Assembly (NCBI RefSeq): GCF_009914755.1
Contig: NC_060926.1
Direction: 5' to 3' (one strand)
DNA length: 64,000 nucleotides
Origin: the human T2T-CHM13v2.0 reference genome, Homo sapiens
The translations under genes were made by a program, and so were the position numbers. Under the pieces are notes generated by a model, which worked only from the letters and a program-made list of their open reading frames with translations, had not been told where the DNA came from and did no database searches. Positions 62,990 through 64,000 of this stretch are shown in pieces; the stretch's first letter is position 1; each line of letters opens with the position of its first letter.

Positions 62990-64000
62990 CTAAAATTAAA
63001 AATGAAAATAATCTTTGAGGAAACTACTGGTTTTCAAATCAATCACTATTTCTTGGGCAAATAAACGTCCTCTTTTCTACGAATTACTCCATAATTTTTC
63101 TATTACCTAGTTAAAATACTTAAACTAAGTATTTGCAAAAGTAATTGGGGTTGATCAGTCTAAAATAAAAGGTACCTTTCAAGGAGACAGAAAAGTGTTT
63201 TAAGAAAAAGGCCTGTTTATCCACCAAAAACATAATGAGGAAATGGGTGCAAAATGTAGCAAATGTTCAGTTAGACATAAATAACTTGACGATTTAAGGG
63301 AACTAACATTAGAATAAGCTATCAAAGTAAAGTGAATTTTTCATCTATGGAAATCTTCAAGAGAAGGACTAAAAGCCAGCCAGATAAAAATTTTTTGAGG
63401 CTTAGGGTCTCTCCAAGTTTCTATTATATTATTCTGATGTATGTTCACTTTCATGTAAATTGGGGGTTTGAACCCATTGACAGTATTGGTGGATAAGAGC
63501 AAATAGCATGCATCCCAAATAACATTATTGCATTAAAGATTATGACTCATTTCTCAAAAAGGAGAGCATTATTATGCCATTGACTGTTATTCATATATTA
63601 TTGATGAGGCTCCGGGTTCTAGAAATGCAAGTCACAATCAAGAAAAATTGCAATTTGTGATGTTTGCACTGTTAAGATAGCAAACTGGGTTTACTAGATA
63701 GTAAGTAACTAGTAAACTAGATAGTATACTAGGTTTATAAATATTGACCAATAAATGGTGTTTGCTAAAGTAGAGAGTGGTGGGGAGTGAGGGGGCCCAT
63801 GGTGCAAGCAGCGATAGTGTGCTTGAGTAGGGTATAGGAATATTTTGCCCTCTGGTGGTTTCTGGTGGAAACAACGTAAAGCAGTTTAAGTAACTGAAGG
63901 TGTCTGCTTTCAATACGCATAATATCAGCAACACGCAGGACCATCCAGACACCTTTTGTGTTATGCTCATGAATTTGTTCCAATAAATGTGTTTTCTCCC

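Overview
Primate (sequence matches human) genomic DNA containing the complete STAT1 gene on the minus strand: two non-coding exons at about 47363-46638, 23 coding exons from the ATG at 43117 to the TAG at 3810 whose lengths sum to 2253 nt (750 aa + stop) with GT-AG introns throughout, and a 3' UTR to about 2140. The STAT1-beta read-through stop and intronic poly(A) signal are visible. The last coding exon and 3' UTR of the tandem paralogue STAT4 lie at about 62690-62989, also on the minus strand. STAT1 intron 10 carries a sense-oriented RAB1A processed pseudogene with target-site duplications, itself interrupted by an Alu. There are two CpG islands: the STAT1 promoter, with an ISRE and an IRF-E/GAS, and a distal island about 6 kb upstream packed with GAS, IRF, kB and E-box motifs. 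The rest is mostly Alu, MaLR LTR, DNA-transposon, L1 and MIR relics and simple repeats. I did not find a convincing wholly new biological system. The best leads are the distal interferon-responsive island with candidate upstream STAT1 exons, a ~31-bp TTC-N2-GAA minisatellite in intron 21, sense-oriented intronic poly(A) signals, and an Alu-flanked 153-nt exon 11-12 circle with a stop-free frame. Repeat subfamily names are from memory of consensus sequences and need RepeatMasker/Dfam confirmation.
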